Position numbers and translations under genes: made by a program. This document shows, piece after piece, positions 56,807 through 64,000 of a stretch of DNA of 64,000 bases. The DNA is from an uncultured Nitrospirales bacterium (GTDB lineage: Bacteria > Nitrospirota > Nitrospiria > Nitrospirales > UBA8639). A model generated the notes under the pieces. It worked only from the letters and a program-made list of their open reading frames with translations. It ran no database searches and had not been told where the DNA came from. Where the stretch lies: positions 2,705,499 to 2,769,498 of the forward strand of contig OY282373.1 of NCBI GenBank assembly GCA_958295805.1. The letters are read 5' to 3'. Positions within the stretch are counted from its first letter, which is position 1, and each line of letters opens with the position of its first letter.

Positions 56807-56865
56807 CAATAAACAGGTATAAATTTTCCATGATTGGGACAGGTCTGATAGCGAACAAATTCAGG

Positions 56866-58578
56866 TCAGCGTGGTTTTTTGCGGGATTTGGCCGATTTTG
56901 ATCTTGAGGACGGGACGACGAAGGCTTGGCCGCGGAGTTTGCGATGGTAGGTAATGGCGAAGCGATGCGCTTCGTCCCGGATGCGTTGGACGAATCGAGA
57001 GGCGGGCGACGTGGGAGACAGGATGAGCGGTTCGCGACTCCCGGGCGAATAGAGTCGTTCTTCTTTGTCCCCTTTGGCTTTGGCTAACCCGATAACGGAA
57101 AGACGGCGAAGGCCGAGAGCCCGTAAGGCGTCCACCGCGGCTCCCAACTGTCCCATGCCGCCGTCAATCAGGATGAGATCCGGAAGCGGCAGGGCTTTCT
57201 CGTTCCGGGGACCAAGTGTTCCACCGTACCGGCGCTTGACGACTTCATGCATGCTCGCAACGTCATTCGCCCCTTCGACCGTCTTGATACGAAACCGCCG
57301 GTAATCGGCTTTCTTCATTGTTCCGTCTTCCCAGACCACCATTGAGGCCACGGAATGAGTGCCCATGGTATTGGAAATATCAAACCCTTCTACCCGACTC
57401 GGCACGGTTGCCAATCCCAGCAGACGTTGCAACGCCTCGGTTTCCTTTTGTTCCGCCGCCCTTTTGCACAGATGATCGTCAAGAGCCGCAGCCGCATTAT
57501 CTTGGGCCAACTGGAGCAGCCGGGCTTTCACGCCGCGTTCGGGAGTCAGAACCCGAACCGCCCGACCCTTCTTCTGGCTGAGCCAGCGTTGAATCAACTC
57601 GTGATCGGACAATGGCTGAGGCACGAACAATTCCTTGGGCGGCATGGTTTCCTTATTATAAAATTGCTCAATGGCCGACCGAATCAGTTCATCATCGGAC
57701 GCCTCTTTCGTATCAGCCCAAAAGAAGTCTTTGCGGGCAATCAACAAACCGCCACGCACGAACAAGAGTTGCAAGTCCGCCGCCGTCCCCATCCTGGCCA
57801 AGCCGATGACGTCCTGATCCACCGGCCCGATTTGCGCCACGCGCTGTTTTTCCAAGGTCTTGGAGACGTTCATCATGCGATCCCGCAGTCGTGCCGCTTC
57901 TTCAAAGGCTTGCCGGTCGGCGGCGGCTTCCATGTCTTTGCGCAATCCATCCAGCAATTCCTTGTCCCGCCCCTCAAGAAAGCATCGAACCTGTTTCACG
58001 ATGCGATGATAGTCTTCCTGCGATTGGTTGCCGGTACAGGGAGCCATGCAGCGTTTGATTTCAAATTCCAGACAGGCCCGGTCCGCGGTGCCATTGATGT
58101 CGATCGTACACGTGGCCAGCGGGAACACTTTTTTGATGACTTTCAAGGTGTCCCGAAGCGCCCCTGCCGGCACGTACGGACCAAAATACAGCGCCCCATC
58201 GTTCGTCACGCGACGCACAATCGAGAGACGTGGAAAATTGTCCTTCACCGGTAATCGGAGGTAGGGATAGTGCTTGTCGTCACGCAGCACGACGTTGAAC
58301 CGCGGACGATGGCGTTTGACCAGATTGCTTTCCAGCAGAAGCGCCTCCAATTCAGACGTGGTGACGAGCGTTTCAACGTCATGAACCAGGGTCATCAACA
58401 CGCGCGTTTTGGGACTCGGGTCGTTGCCTTTTTGGAAATATGAGCGCACCCGGTCCGCCAACACGCGGGCTTTTCCGACGTAGAGGATTTCGCCGTCCTT
58501 CCCTTTCATGAGGTACACGCCCGGTTGATCGGGCAGATGATCCAGACTGGATTGAAGCTGACTGGATGGCTGAATCAC
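56866..58578 (-). CDS. uvrC: Excinuclease ABC subunit C
   Basis: 570 aa with a GIY-YIG N-terminus (GVYLMKGKDGEILYVGKA), a UvrBC-interaction region, and an Endo V-like domain with C-terminal HhH. Confidence 0.96.
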   Translation of the reverse strand: MIQPSSQLQSSLDHLPDQPGVYLMKGKDGEILYVGKARVLADRVRSYFQKGNDPSPKTRVLMTLVHDVETLVTTSELEALLLESNLVKRHRPRFNVVLRDDKHYPYLRLPVKDNFPRLSIVRRVTNDGALYFGPYVPAGALRDTLKVIKKVFPLATCTIDINGTADRACLEFEIKRCMAPCTGNQSQEDYHRIVKQVRCFLEGRDKELLDGLRKDMEAAADRQAFEEAARLRDRMMNVSKTLEKQRVAQIGPVDQDVIGLARMGTAADLQLLFVRGGLLIARKDFFWADTKEASDDELIRSAIEQFYNKETMPPKELFVPQPLSDHELIQRWLSQKKGRAVRVLTPERGVKARLLQLAQDNAAAALDDHLCKRAAEQKETEALQRLLGLATVPSRVEGFDISNTMGTHSVASMVVWEDGTMKKADYRRFRIKTVEGANDVASMHEVVKRRYGGTLGPRNEKALPLPDLILIDGGMGQLGAAVDALRALGLRRLSVIGLAKAKGDKEERLYSPGSREPLILSPTSPASRFVQRIRDEAHRFAITYHRKLRGQAFVVPSSRSKSAKSRKKPR

Positions 58579-58597
58579 GTCGGTTTCAGTTCGGCTT

Positions 58598-58647
58598 CCC
58601 TCTCCCCTGAAAGGAGAGGGCCGGAGCCCGTCCCCGCGAACGCGGGG
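58598..58647. repeat. REP-like double hairpin (ccctctcc-cctgaaa-ggagaggg and ccccgcg-aa-cgcgggg)
   Basis: Intergenic between uvrC and the VOC gene. Shares the 5' context tcg(g)cttccctctcccct with the element in murD at 11051-11079. Confidence 0.7.
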
Positions 58648-58691
58648 GTGAGAGTGAGTTCGTCGCTGCGCGACCTTCGTGCGCCTCCCTG

Positions 58692-59090
58692 CTAGGCAAC
58701 GGCCGCACCCGGCGGTCCTTCAATCAACTCCACTTCGTAGCCGTCCGGCGCATCGATAAAAATAAATCGGCTGCCCGAAGACGTTTGAGTCGGGCCGTCC
58801 GTGATGGGGATATTCTTCGCCTGCAACTGCTCAATGGTCTGATCCAGATCATCAACTTCAAACGCCAAGTGGACCAGGTCTTCCTGCACGTGGACGGGAC
58901 CACTCGTGGGAAAGCTACACAGTTCAATAAGTTCATCGCTATTGGGAACCGACAGAAAGGCCAACTGCGAGCCGCGGGGGGAAACGTTGCGTTCCAATAC
59001 CGCAAGCCCCAGCACGTCTCGATAAAACGCAATCGTGGCCTCCACGTCACTGACGCGCATTCGCGTGTGCAACAACTTTTTGACGATCAT
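58692..59090 (-). CDS. VOC-family protein (glyoxalase I-like)
   Basis: 132 aa. LHTRMRVSDVEATIAFYRDVLGL...HLAFEVDDLD...DAPDGYEVELIE is the paired beta-alpha-beta-beta-beta pattern. Confidence 0.8.
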   Translation of the reverse strand: MIVKKLLHTRMRVSDVEATIAFYRDVLGLAVLERNVSPRGSQLAFLSVPNSDELIELCSFPTSGPVHVQEDLVHLAFEVDDLDQTIEQLQAKNIPITDGPTQTSSGSRFIFIDAPDGYEVELIEGPPGAAVA

Positions 59091-59363
59091 CTCAGTCGTC
59101 CTTTCTCACGGAGCCGTGGTGATCTCGCCTGTTTTCCGGGCCGCACGTGATGCGGCAGCCACGACAATATTGTACTGAACCCTGTGCCTTCCAACAATAC
59201 AACCCGGCTTTTGAACCCGGGGGCAGTTCGGAAATCGTATTGCCTCACCTCCTCCATTGGCGTACACTACACTGCCTTCGTCACGACAAGATCCTGAATG
59301 CGAATCAGTTTCATGTTTTCTCTACGACCCAATTTTTCCGTTGCGCCTTCTCCGCCCTTCATC

Positions 59364-60812
59364 ATGATTCAGCAAAACGCTCAACCCGGGAGTTTCTGGT
59401 ACGCCCGGCTTGCGGGAACACTGTTGGCCCTCTGCATGGCAGCCGTCTCTCCTCTTCCGGCTTTTGCAGAAGGGTTCAGAATCATTGACCAAAGCGCGGC
59501 AGCCACGGGTCAAGGTGGAGCATTTGCCGCGCAAGCCGATGACCCCTCAGCCGTGCATTTCAATCCGGCCGCCATGACGGACCTGCCTGGGCTACAACTG
59601 ACGATGGGGACGCTTCTGGTGAATGGGGACATTGACGTGATGCCCGCGTCCGGCCCAGCCGTTGCCGGTGACTTCGGCGGCACGTTTGCCAATCCTCCGC
59701 CCAGCAGTTTCTTCGTCACCGCCAGACTTCGCGATTTTGGAATTTCTTCGCTCGATTTTTTGACGCTGGGGCTTGGTGTTCATTCACCCTTCGGCAACCT
59801 CATCCACTATCCACCTTCGTCCAGCCTCGCCCCGGTCCTCACGAAATCAGCCGCTCCCATCATCGACATCAAACCCACCGTGGCGGTCAGGGTCCATCCC
59901 TCGTTCGCACTCGGGTTTGGGTTGGATATTTATACGTTTTCCGGCTTATTCGGCGAAGGCCACGTGGAATCGCAGCAACGGTTAGGGCTGGAATTTCTGT
60001 TTCCTCCACGGAATGCGTTAGGATTAGGTCGCCCAGGAGACGACGTTGAACTGAATGGCCGTGACACCGCGCTAGGGTATAACGTGAGTCTCCTGTTCAC
60101 CCCGCTCCGCAATGATCACGAGCAACCCCTGGTCAACCTCGCCGTTGTGTATCGAAGCCAAGCCACGCTGAACCTGACAGGACAGTTTCTGAACAAAAGT
60201 CAAGGCGTTGCTTTGGGGGCCCAAGCTGATCTGACCTTGCCGCAAGTGGTGACGGCCGGCCTTGCCGTGTGGCCCATACGGAACGCCCAACGCGAATGGA
60301 AGGTGGAAGTGGATTTAGATTACGCCGATTGGACCTCGTTCGACAACGTCGACATCAGGCTCTCCAACGGCGTCACGCTGCCGTTCCCGCGAAACTGGAA
60401 GGATTCGTATGTCTTCATGGCGGGCACTGAATACAAATGGATAAACCCCGCTCAGTTGCCGGCTTGGGACATTGCGGTTCGGGGTGGATATTCGTTTGCC
60501 GATAGCCCCGTGCCCGAACGAACCTTTCGTCCCGACGTTCCAGATTCGGACTATCATGCGTACTCCATCGGCCTTGGATTTCTCTGTCGGAACGGCGGCG
60601 TCTTTCTAGGCGTCATCTCATGCGGAAACGAAGGACGCCGTTCTTTGGGGGTCGCCGCCATTGGATTCGACGTGGCCTATCAGGGCATTTTCTACCAATC
60701 CCGCGGAATTTTTCAGAATATCGACCCGCGGATCAACGGAACGTGGGATACCACCATCCACGTGTGGTCATTGAATCTCCGCATGAATTTCGACGTGCCC
60801 CGATCACTCTGA
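59364..60812 (+). CDS. Outer-membrane transport protein, OMPP1/FadL/TodX family
   Basis: Signal peptide MIQQNAQPGSFWYARLAGTLLALCMAAVSPLPAFA, then the family N-terminal hatch GFRIIDQSAAATGQGGAFAAQADDPSAVHFNPAAM and a C-terminal aromatic end. The track ORF starts earlier, at 59298. Confidence 0.8.
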   Translation: MIQQNAQPGSFWYARLAGTLLALCMAAVSPLPAFAEGFRIIDQSAAATGQGGAFAAQADDPSAVHFNPAAMTDLPGLQLTMGTLLVNGDIDVMPASGPAVAGDFGGTFANPPPSSFFVTARLRDFGISSLDFLTLGLGVHSPFGNLIHYPPSSSLAPVLTKSAAPIIDIKPTVAVRVHPSFALGFGLDIYTFSGLFGEGHVESQQRLGLEFLFPPRNALGLGRPGDDVELNGRDTALGYNVSLLFTPLRNDHEQPLVNLAVVYRSQATLNLTGQFLNKSQGVALGAQADLTLPQVVTAGLAVWPIRNAQREWKVEVDLDYADWTSFDNVDIRLSNGVTLPFPRNWKDSYVFMAGTEYKWINPAQLPAWDIAVRGGYSFADSPVPERTFRPDVPDSDYHAYSIGLGFLCRNGGVFLGVISCGNEGRRSLGVAAIGFDVAYQGIFYQSRGIFQNIDPRINGTWDTTIHVWSLNLRMNFDVPRSL

Positions 60813-60822
60813 TTCTTCTGAA

Positions 60823-60853
60823 GCCTGACGTCGCCGGTCAGGCGACGTCAGGC
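60823..60853. terminator. 13-bp-stem hairpin between convergent genes (possible bidirectional terminator)
   Basis: gcctgacgtcgcc-ggtca-ggcgacgtcaggc. It starts 11 nt after the porin stop and overlaps the last codons of the FkbM gene. There is no clear T-tract. Confidence 0.4.
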
Positions 60854-61570
60854 GTATTGACCGTTCAACAACACACAATCCATCTCCATGACGGACAGAT
60901 TATCTTTCCTGCTGACAGGATAGAAGCCCGTCACAACGAAACCATATTCTTCACTTTTCTTGAGAAAGGCAAGATAGTGCGGCATATTGGAATAGATGGG
61001 TATCAGAGAAATTTCCGATAAGACGCAAACGATGCGTTCCATCACCATGATCGCTCCCTTGAATACCTCCAGGTCGTAGCCTTGCGTATCAATTTTCAAG
61101 AGAATTCGTCTCTTATCAAAATTCATCACTTGAGTGGTCAAAAAGTTTTCGACCGTACTGACTTCGACCACTTCTTCGTATAACACCTTTATGCGTCCGA
61201 ACGTTTCTTTTCCAAAATCGTTCGGTTTGAGAAAAGATGAAAAATCCGATGCTTCCGTGACGTTGACTGTTTTTTTGTCGCAAGCGTCGCCCATGGCTAT
61301 GTTGTGAGCGAACCACCGATGATCGCCGGAACATGCTGCTCTCAGAGATTCAAACGTCTTACTCACGGGTTCAAACGAATGAATGTCTCCTTTATATCCT
61401 TCACTCCTTAACGTCGTTGCGAATTGGCCCGAGTTCGCACCGATGTCCAACACAAGGTCTATTTCATGCAGATGTATCAGATTGGTAAGGTGAGAATTCA
61501 AAGTCGGGTGTTTGTTGCGCTTGATCATTTCATATCCGAATAATCTCGCAATTTTATTATGCAGCTTCAT
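60848..61570 (-). CDS. FkbM-family SAM-dependent methyltransferase
   Basis: 240 aa with VLDIGANSGQFA (motif I) and IHSFEPVSKTFESL, typical of the FkbM family. AT-rich relative to its flanks. Confidence 0.75.
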   Translation of the reverse strand: MKLHNKIARLFGYEMIKRNKHPTLNSHLTNLIHLHEIDLVLDIGANSGQFATTLRSEGYKGDIHSFEPVSKTFESLRAACSGDHRWFAHNIAMGDACDKKTVNVTEASDFSSFLKPNDFGKETFGRIKVLYEEVVEVSTVENFLTTQVMNFDKRRILLKIDTQGYDLEVFKGAIMVMERIVCVLSEISLIPIYSNMPHYLAFLKKSEEYGFVVTGFYPVSRKDNLSVMEMDCVLLNGQYA

Positions 61571-61854
61571 GCCTTTCTCTCCTCATTTTCTGAAAAATAT
61601 GGATGGTGTGCAGACGTTCAATATCAGACGTTCCCTCCTCCCTTGAAGGAAAGGGACGGACAATACGGACTCACCGCATTTTCTGAAGAATCTGAAAATT
61701 TTTCAATGATCCAACAGTCAGTTCCATAGGGACCGTTGAGTGTGGGATCGTCGTTATGTGATCACTGCCGACTCCGTGTTGAACAGACAACGCGGCAATT
61801 TGATGATTTCTTGTCAGCGGCATAAGATGCCGCAGCTACGGGAAGCGCCTCCTC

Positions 61855-62709
61855 ATGGACATCAATGCTGAAACTCAATTGTGTGGCGTGCTTGGCCATC
61901 CGGTGAAGCATTCCCTTTCCCCGGCCATTCATAATGCGGCGTTTCACCACTTGGGCCTGAATTACGTGTACTTGGCTTTTCCCGTGGAAGACCTTCCTCA
62001 CGCCATTCAAGGAATACGCGCATTAGGGAACCTGCGAGGGTTCAGCGTCACGATTCCCCATAAGGTGTCGGTCATGCCGCACCTTGATGCCATTGATCCC
62101 ACGGCGCACCACGTCGGCGCCGTGAATACCATCGTCAAATCGGGCCATACGCTTTCGGGATGGAACACCGATGCGTCCGGTGCTCTTCAGGCGTTACAGC
62201 ACGCGGGGGTCGAATTCGCGGAGACACGGGTCGTCATGCTTGGTTCCGGCGGGGCCGCCCGTGCCATTGCGTTCGGCCTCGCTCTGAACGCGCCCATCGC
62301 GCACCTCACCATCCTTGGGATTGAAGAAGAGGAACGCCGGCGGCTGGCCAATGATCTTCGTGAAGGCACGAAGCTTCCCATTGACGACCGACCGCTCACC
62401 ACGGAAACGTTGGAGCCGACCTTGGCTCAATCCCAACTCATGATTCACTGCACGCCCGTTGGGATGGTCCCCCATACCGACGAGACCTGTGTGCCCAGAA
62501 GTTTTTTGAATCCGAACCTGACGGTCATGGATATTGTCTACAACCCCTTGGACACTCGCTTGCTGAAGGACGCTCGTGAAACCGGATGCCGAACCATTCG
62601 CGGATTAGAAATGTTCCTGCATCAGGCCGTTGCGCAATTCGAGTTGTGGACGGGCCAACGGGCACCGGTGACCGTCATGCGACGGGTGTTGGAGTCTTCC
62701 TTTTCATGA
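61855..62709 (+). CDS. aroE: Shikimate dehydrogenase
   Basis: 284 aa with GHPVKHSLSPAIHNAAF, NVTIPHK-like SVTIPHK, and the GSGGAARA NADP site. Confidence 0.93.
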   Translation: MDINAETQLCGVLGHPVKHSLSPAIHNAAFHHLGLNYVYLAFPVEDLPHAIQGIRALGNLRGFSVTIPHKVSVMPHLDAIDPTAHHVGAVNTIVKSGHTLSGWNTDASGALQALQHAGVEFAETRVVMLGSGGAARAIAFGLALNAPIAHLTILGIEEEERRRLANDLREGTKLPIDDRPLTTETLEPTLAQSQLMIHCTPVGMVPHTDETCVPRSFLNPNLTVMDIVYNPLDTRLLKDARETGCRTIRGLEMFLHQAVAQFELWTGQRAPVTVMRRVLESSFS

Positions 62710-63227
62710 ATCTTGTCCTGATCGGGTATCGAGGAACCGGAAAAAGCACCGTCGCAAAAATCCTCGCCACGCGGCTCGGGTGGCAGGCGGTCTCCACGGA
62801 CGCCCGAATCATTGAGCAGGCCCAGCAAACCATTCCGGACATTGTGGCGCAATACGGCTGGGACCACTTTCGAGACCTCGAAACCGAGACGTGCTCCGCG
62901 CTCAAAGAACGCGATCATCTGGTCATCGATACCGGCGGCGGGATTATCCTCAGAACAAAAAATCTGGACGCCCTCAAACTCAATGGCTTGGTGTTTTGGC
63001 TGACGGCAACGGTTTCGACGATTACGCGGCGCATCTCCCAGGATACGCAACGCCCTTCGCTCACCGGTGGAAAGACGTTCATTGAAGAAATTCAAGACGT
63101 TTTAACCGAACGCACTCCGAAATACCAAGCCGCGGCCGATCACGTGATTGCCACCGACCACGCTTCCCCAGAAGACATCGCCTCCCAGATTATGACCACG
63201 TTCCACCGCCGCATAGAGGACGCATGA
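62706..63227 (+). CDS. aroK: Shikimate kinase
   Basis: Start at ATG 62706 (ATGA overlap with aroE). MNLVLIGYRGTGKSTVAKILA P-loop and DTGGG motif. Confidence 0.92.
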   Translation: MNLVLIGYRGTGKSTVAKILATRLGWQAVSTDARIIEQAQQTIPDIVAQYGWDHFRDLETETCSALKERDHLVIDTGGGIILRTKNLDALKLNGLVFWLTATVSTITRRISQDTQRPSLTGGKTFIEEIQDVLTERTPKYQAAADHVIATDHASPEDIASQIMTTFHRRIEDA

Positions 63228-63706
63228 ACGCCAGTTCCCCGGAGAACCTTCCTTCTTTCGACTTCACCTGGATTCGGTGGCTGCTGGACAGTTATGCTTT
63301 CTGGTTGCGATGCGAACTCATTGATCGGACGGGCACGATTGAAGAACAGAGCAAACGGCTCTATTTTTCTCCTTTTGTAGTGGCCTCTCACGCCAATGCG
63401 GACGACCCCGTTCTTAATTACGGCAATCAACGGGCTCTCCGTCTGTGGGAAGGGACTTGGGAGGAATTTACCGCAACTCCTTCTCGATTAACCGCAGAAC
63501 CCTTGAATCAAATTGAGCGGGCTCAGATGCTCAATCAGGCCGCCACGCAGGGATGTATTACGAATTACCAGGGGCGACGCATTTCACGAACGGGACGACG
63601 GTTTCTCGTGAAAGAGGCCACGGTCTGGAACGTCCTGGATGAGCACGGGACCACACAAGGGCAAGCCGCGACGTTTTCACGGTGGCAATACTTGGACGAG
63701 GAATAA
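63224..63706 (+). CDS. MEKHLA-domain protein
   Basis: 160 aa. PVLNYGNQRALRLWEGTWEEF...GCITNYQGRRISRTGRRFLVKEATVWNVLDEHGTTQGQAATF matches the MEKHLA pattern. ATGA overlap with aroK. Confidence 0.7.
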   Translation: MNASSPENLPSFDFTWIRWLLDSYAFWLRCELIDRTGTIEEQSKRLYFSPFVVASHANADDPVLNYGNQRALRLWEGTWEEFTATPSRLTAEPLNQIERAQMLNQAATQGCITNYQGRRISRTGRRFLVKEATVWNVLDEHGTTQGQAATFSRWQYLDEE

Positions 63707-64000
63707 AAGGGACGGTTCCGATTTTAACTTTCACGCGCCCTCTTGGTCTCAGCACCCGAATGTTGGCCATTTCCCGTAGTAGACGGTTTCACCTGTCGGC
63801 CGTCGAATTACCGCCCGACGAATGGGGTTCTACACGGGACAACGTGTTCACCAACTGGAGACCCTGAATCGCTTGGATACTGGCCCTTGTCGAAATCTCC
63901 GAGAAGCACGAGAGCCAGTTCAAATTCTTGTACGGGCCATTCGTTATCGCAGTAGAAAGGAAAGGAAATTTCAATGACGCAGCTCACGCAATTTCCGAGA

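Noticed and set aside
39161-56865. Prophage or integrative conjugative element
   Set aside because: No integrase, capsid, tail or terminase genes, no relaxase or type IV secretion genes, and no att-like flanking repeats were seen.
63974-64000. Possible gene start (ATGACGCAGCTCACG, preceded by aaaggaaagg) at the right window edge
   Set aside because: Only 9 codons are visible, so no call can be supported.

Overview
64-kb window from a GC-rich diderm bacterial chromosome (LptE, FadL-type porin and Slt70-type transglycosylase are present). All calls come from reading the ORF translations and the nucleotide sequence by eye. No database searches were run.

(1) 1-18.4 kb, minus strand: a complete dcw division/cell-wall cluster, rsmH-ftsL-ftsI-murE-murF-mraY-murD-ftsW-murG-murC-murB-ddl-ftsQ-ftsA-ftsZ-pgeF. 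There is no mraZ. Its place is taken by a MITE-like inverted repeat and a near-consensus promoter.

(2) 18.7-39 kb: housekeeping genes, namely asnS, rhodanese, an epimerase, tlyA, xseA/xseB, ymdB-like, rny, zapA/zapB-like, slt, tRNA-His, pyrF, rpsT and holA-lptE-leuS. A large higher-order repeat array lies next to tRNA-His and is split by an IS30-family element.

(3) 39.1-56.9 kb, between leuS and uvrC: a mosaic, partly decayed accessory (defence-type) island. It holds:
- a short ORF that may be a remnant of a helicase-type defence gene
- a vapC fragment
- an SGNH hydrolase
- a carbamoyltransferase remnant split by a single-ORF rve-transposase IS with a 15-bp target duplication
- an intact vapBC pair
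- two directly repeated ~1,100-aa N6-adenine methyltransferase paralogs; copy 1 is frameshifted by a 10-nt deletion and copy 2 is intact, and their C-terminal specificity regions are unrelated and AT-rich
- between the two copies: a PIN-like gene with a TGG->TGA stop, a DUF2283 gene, three covarying 19-nt perfect palindromes, a divergent DprA-like (SLOG-fold) gene, rmuC, and higA with a decayed higB
- after copy 2: a vapBC stub and an AT-rich AAA ATPase gene

(4) 56.9-64 kb: uvrC, a VOC protein, a FadL-family porin, an AT-rich FkbM methyltransferase, aroE-aroK and a MEKHLA protein.

The best candidate for an undescribed system is the methyltransferase-pair / DprA-like / RmuC / palindrome locus at 44.5-56.7 kb. 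Its function is inferred, not demonstrated.
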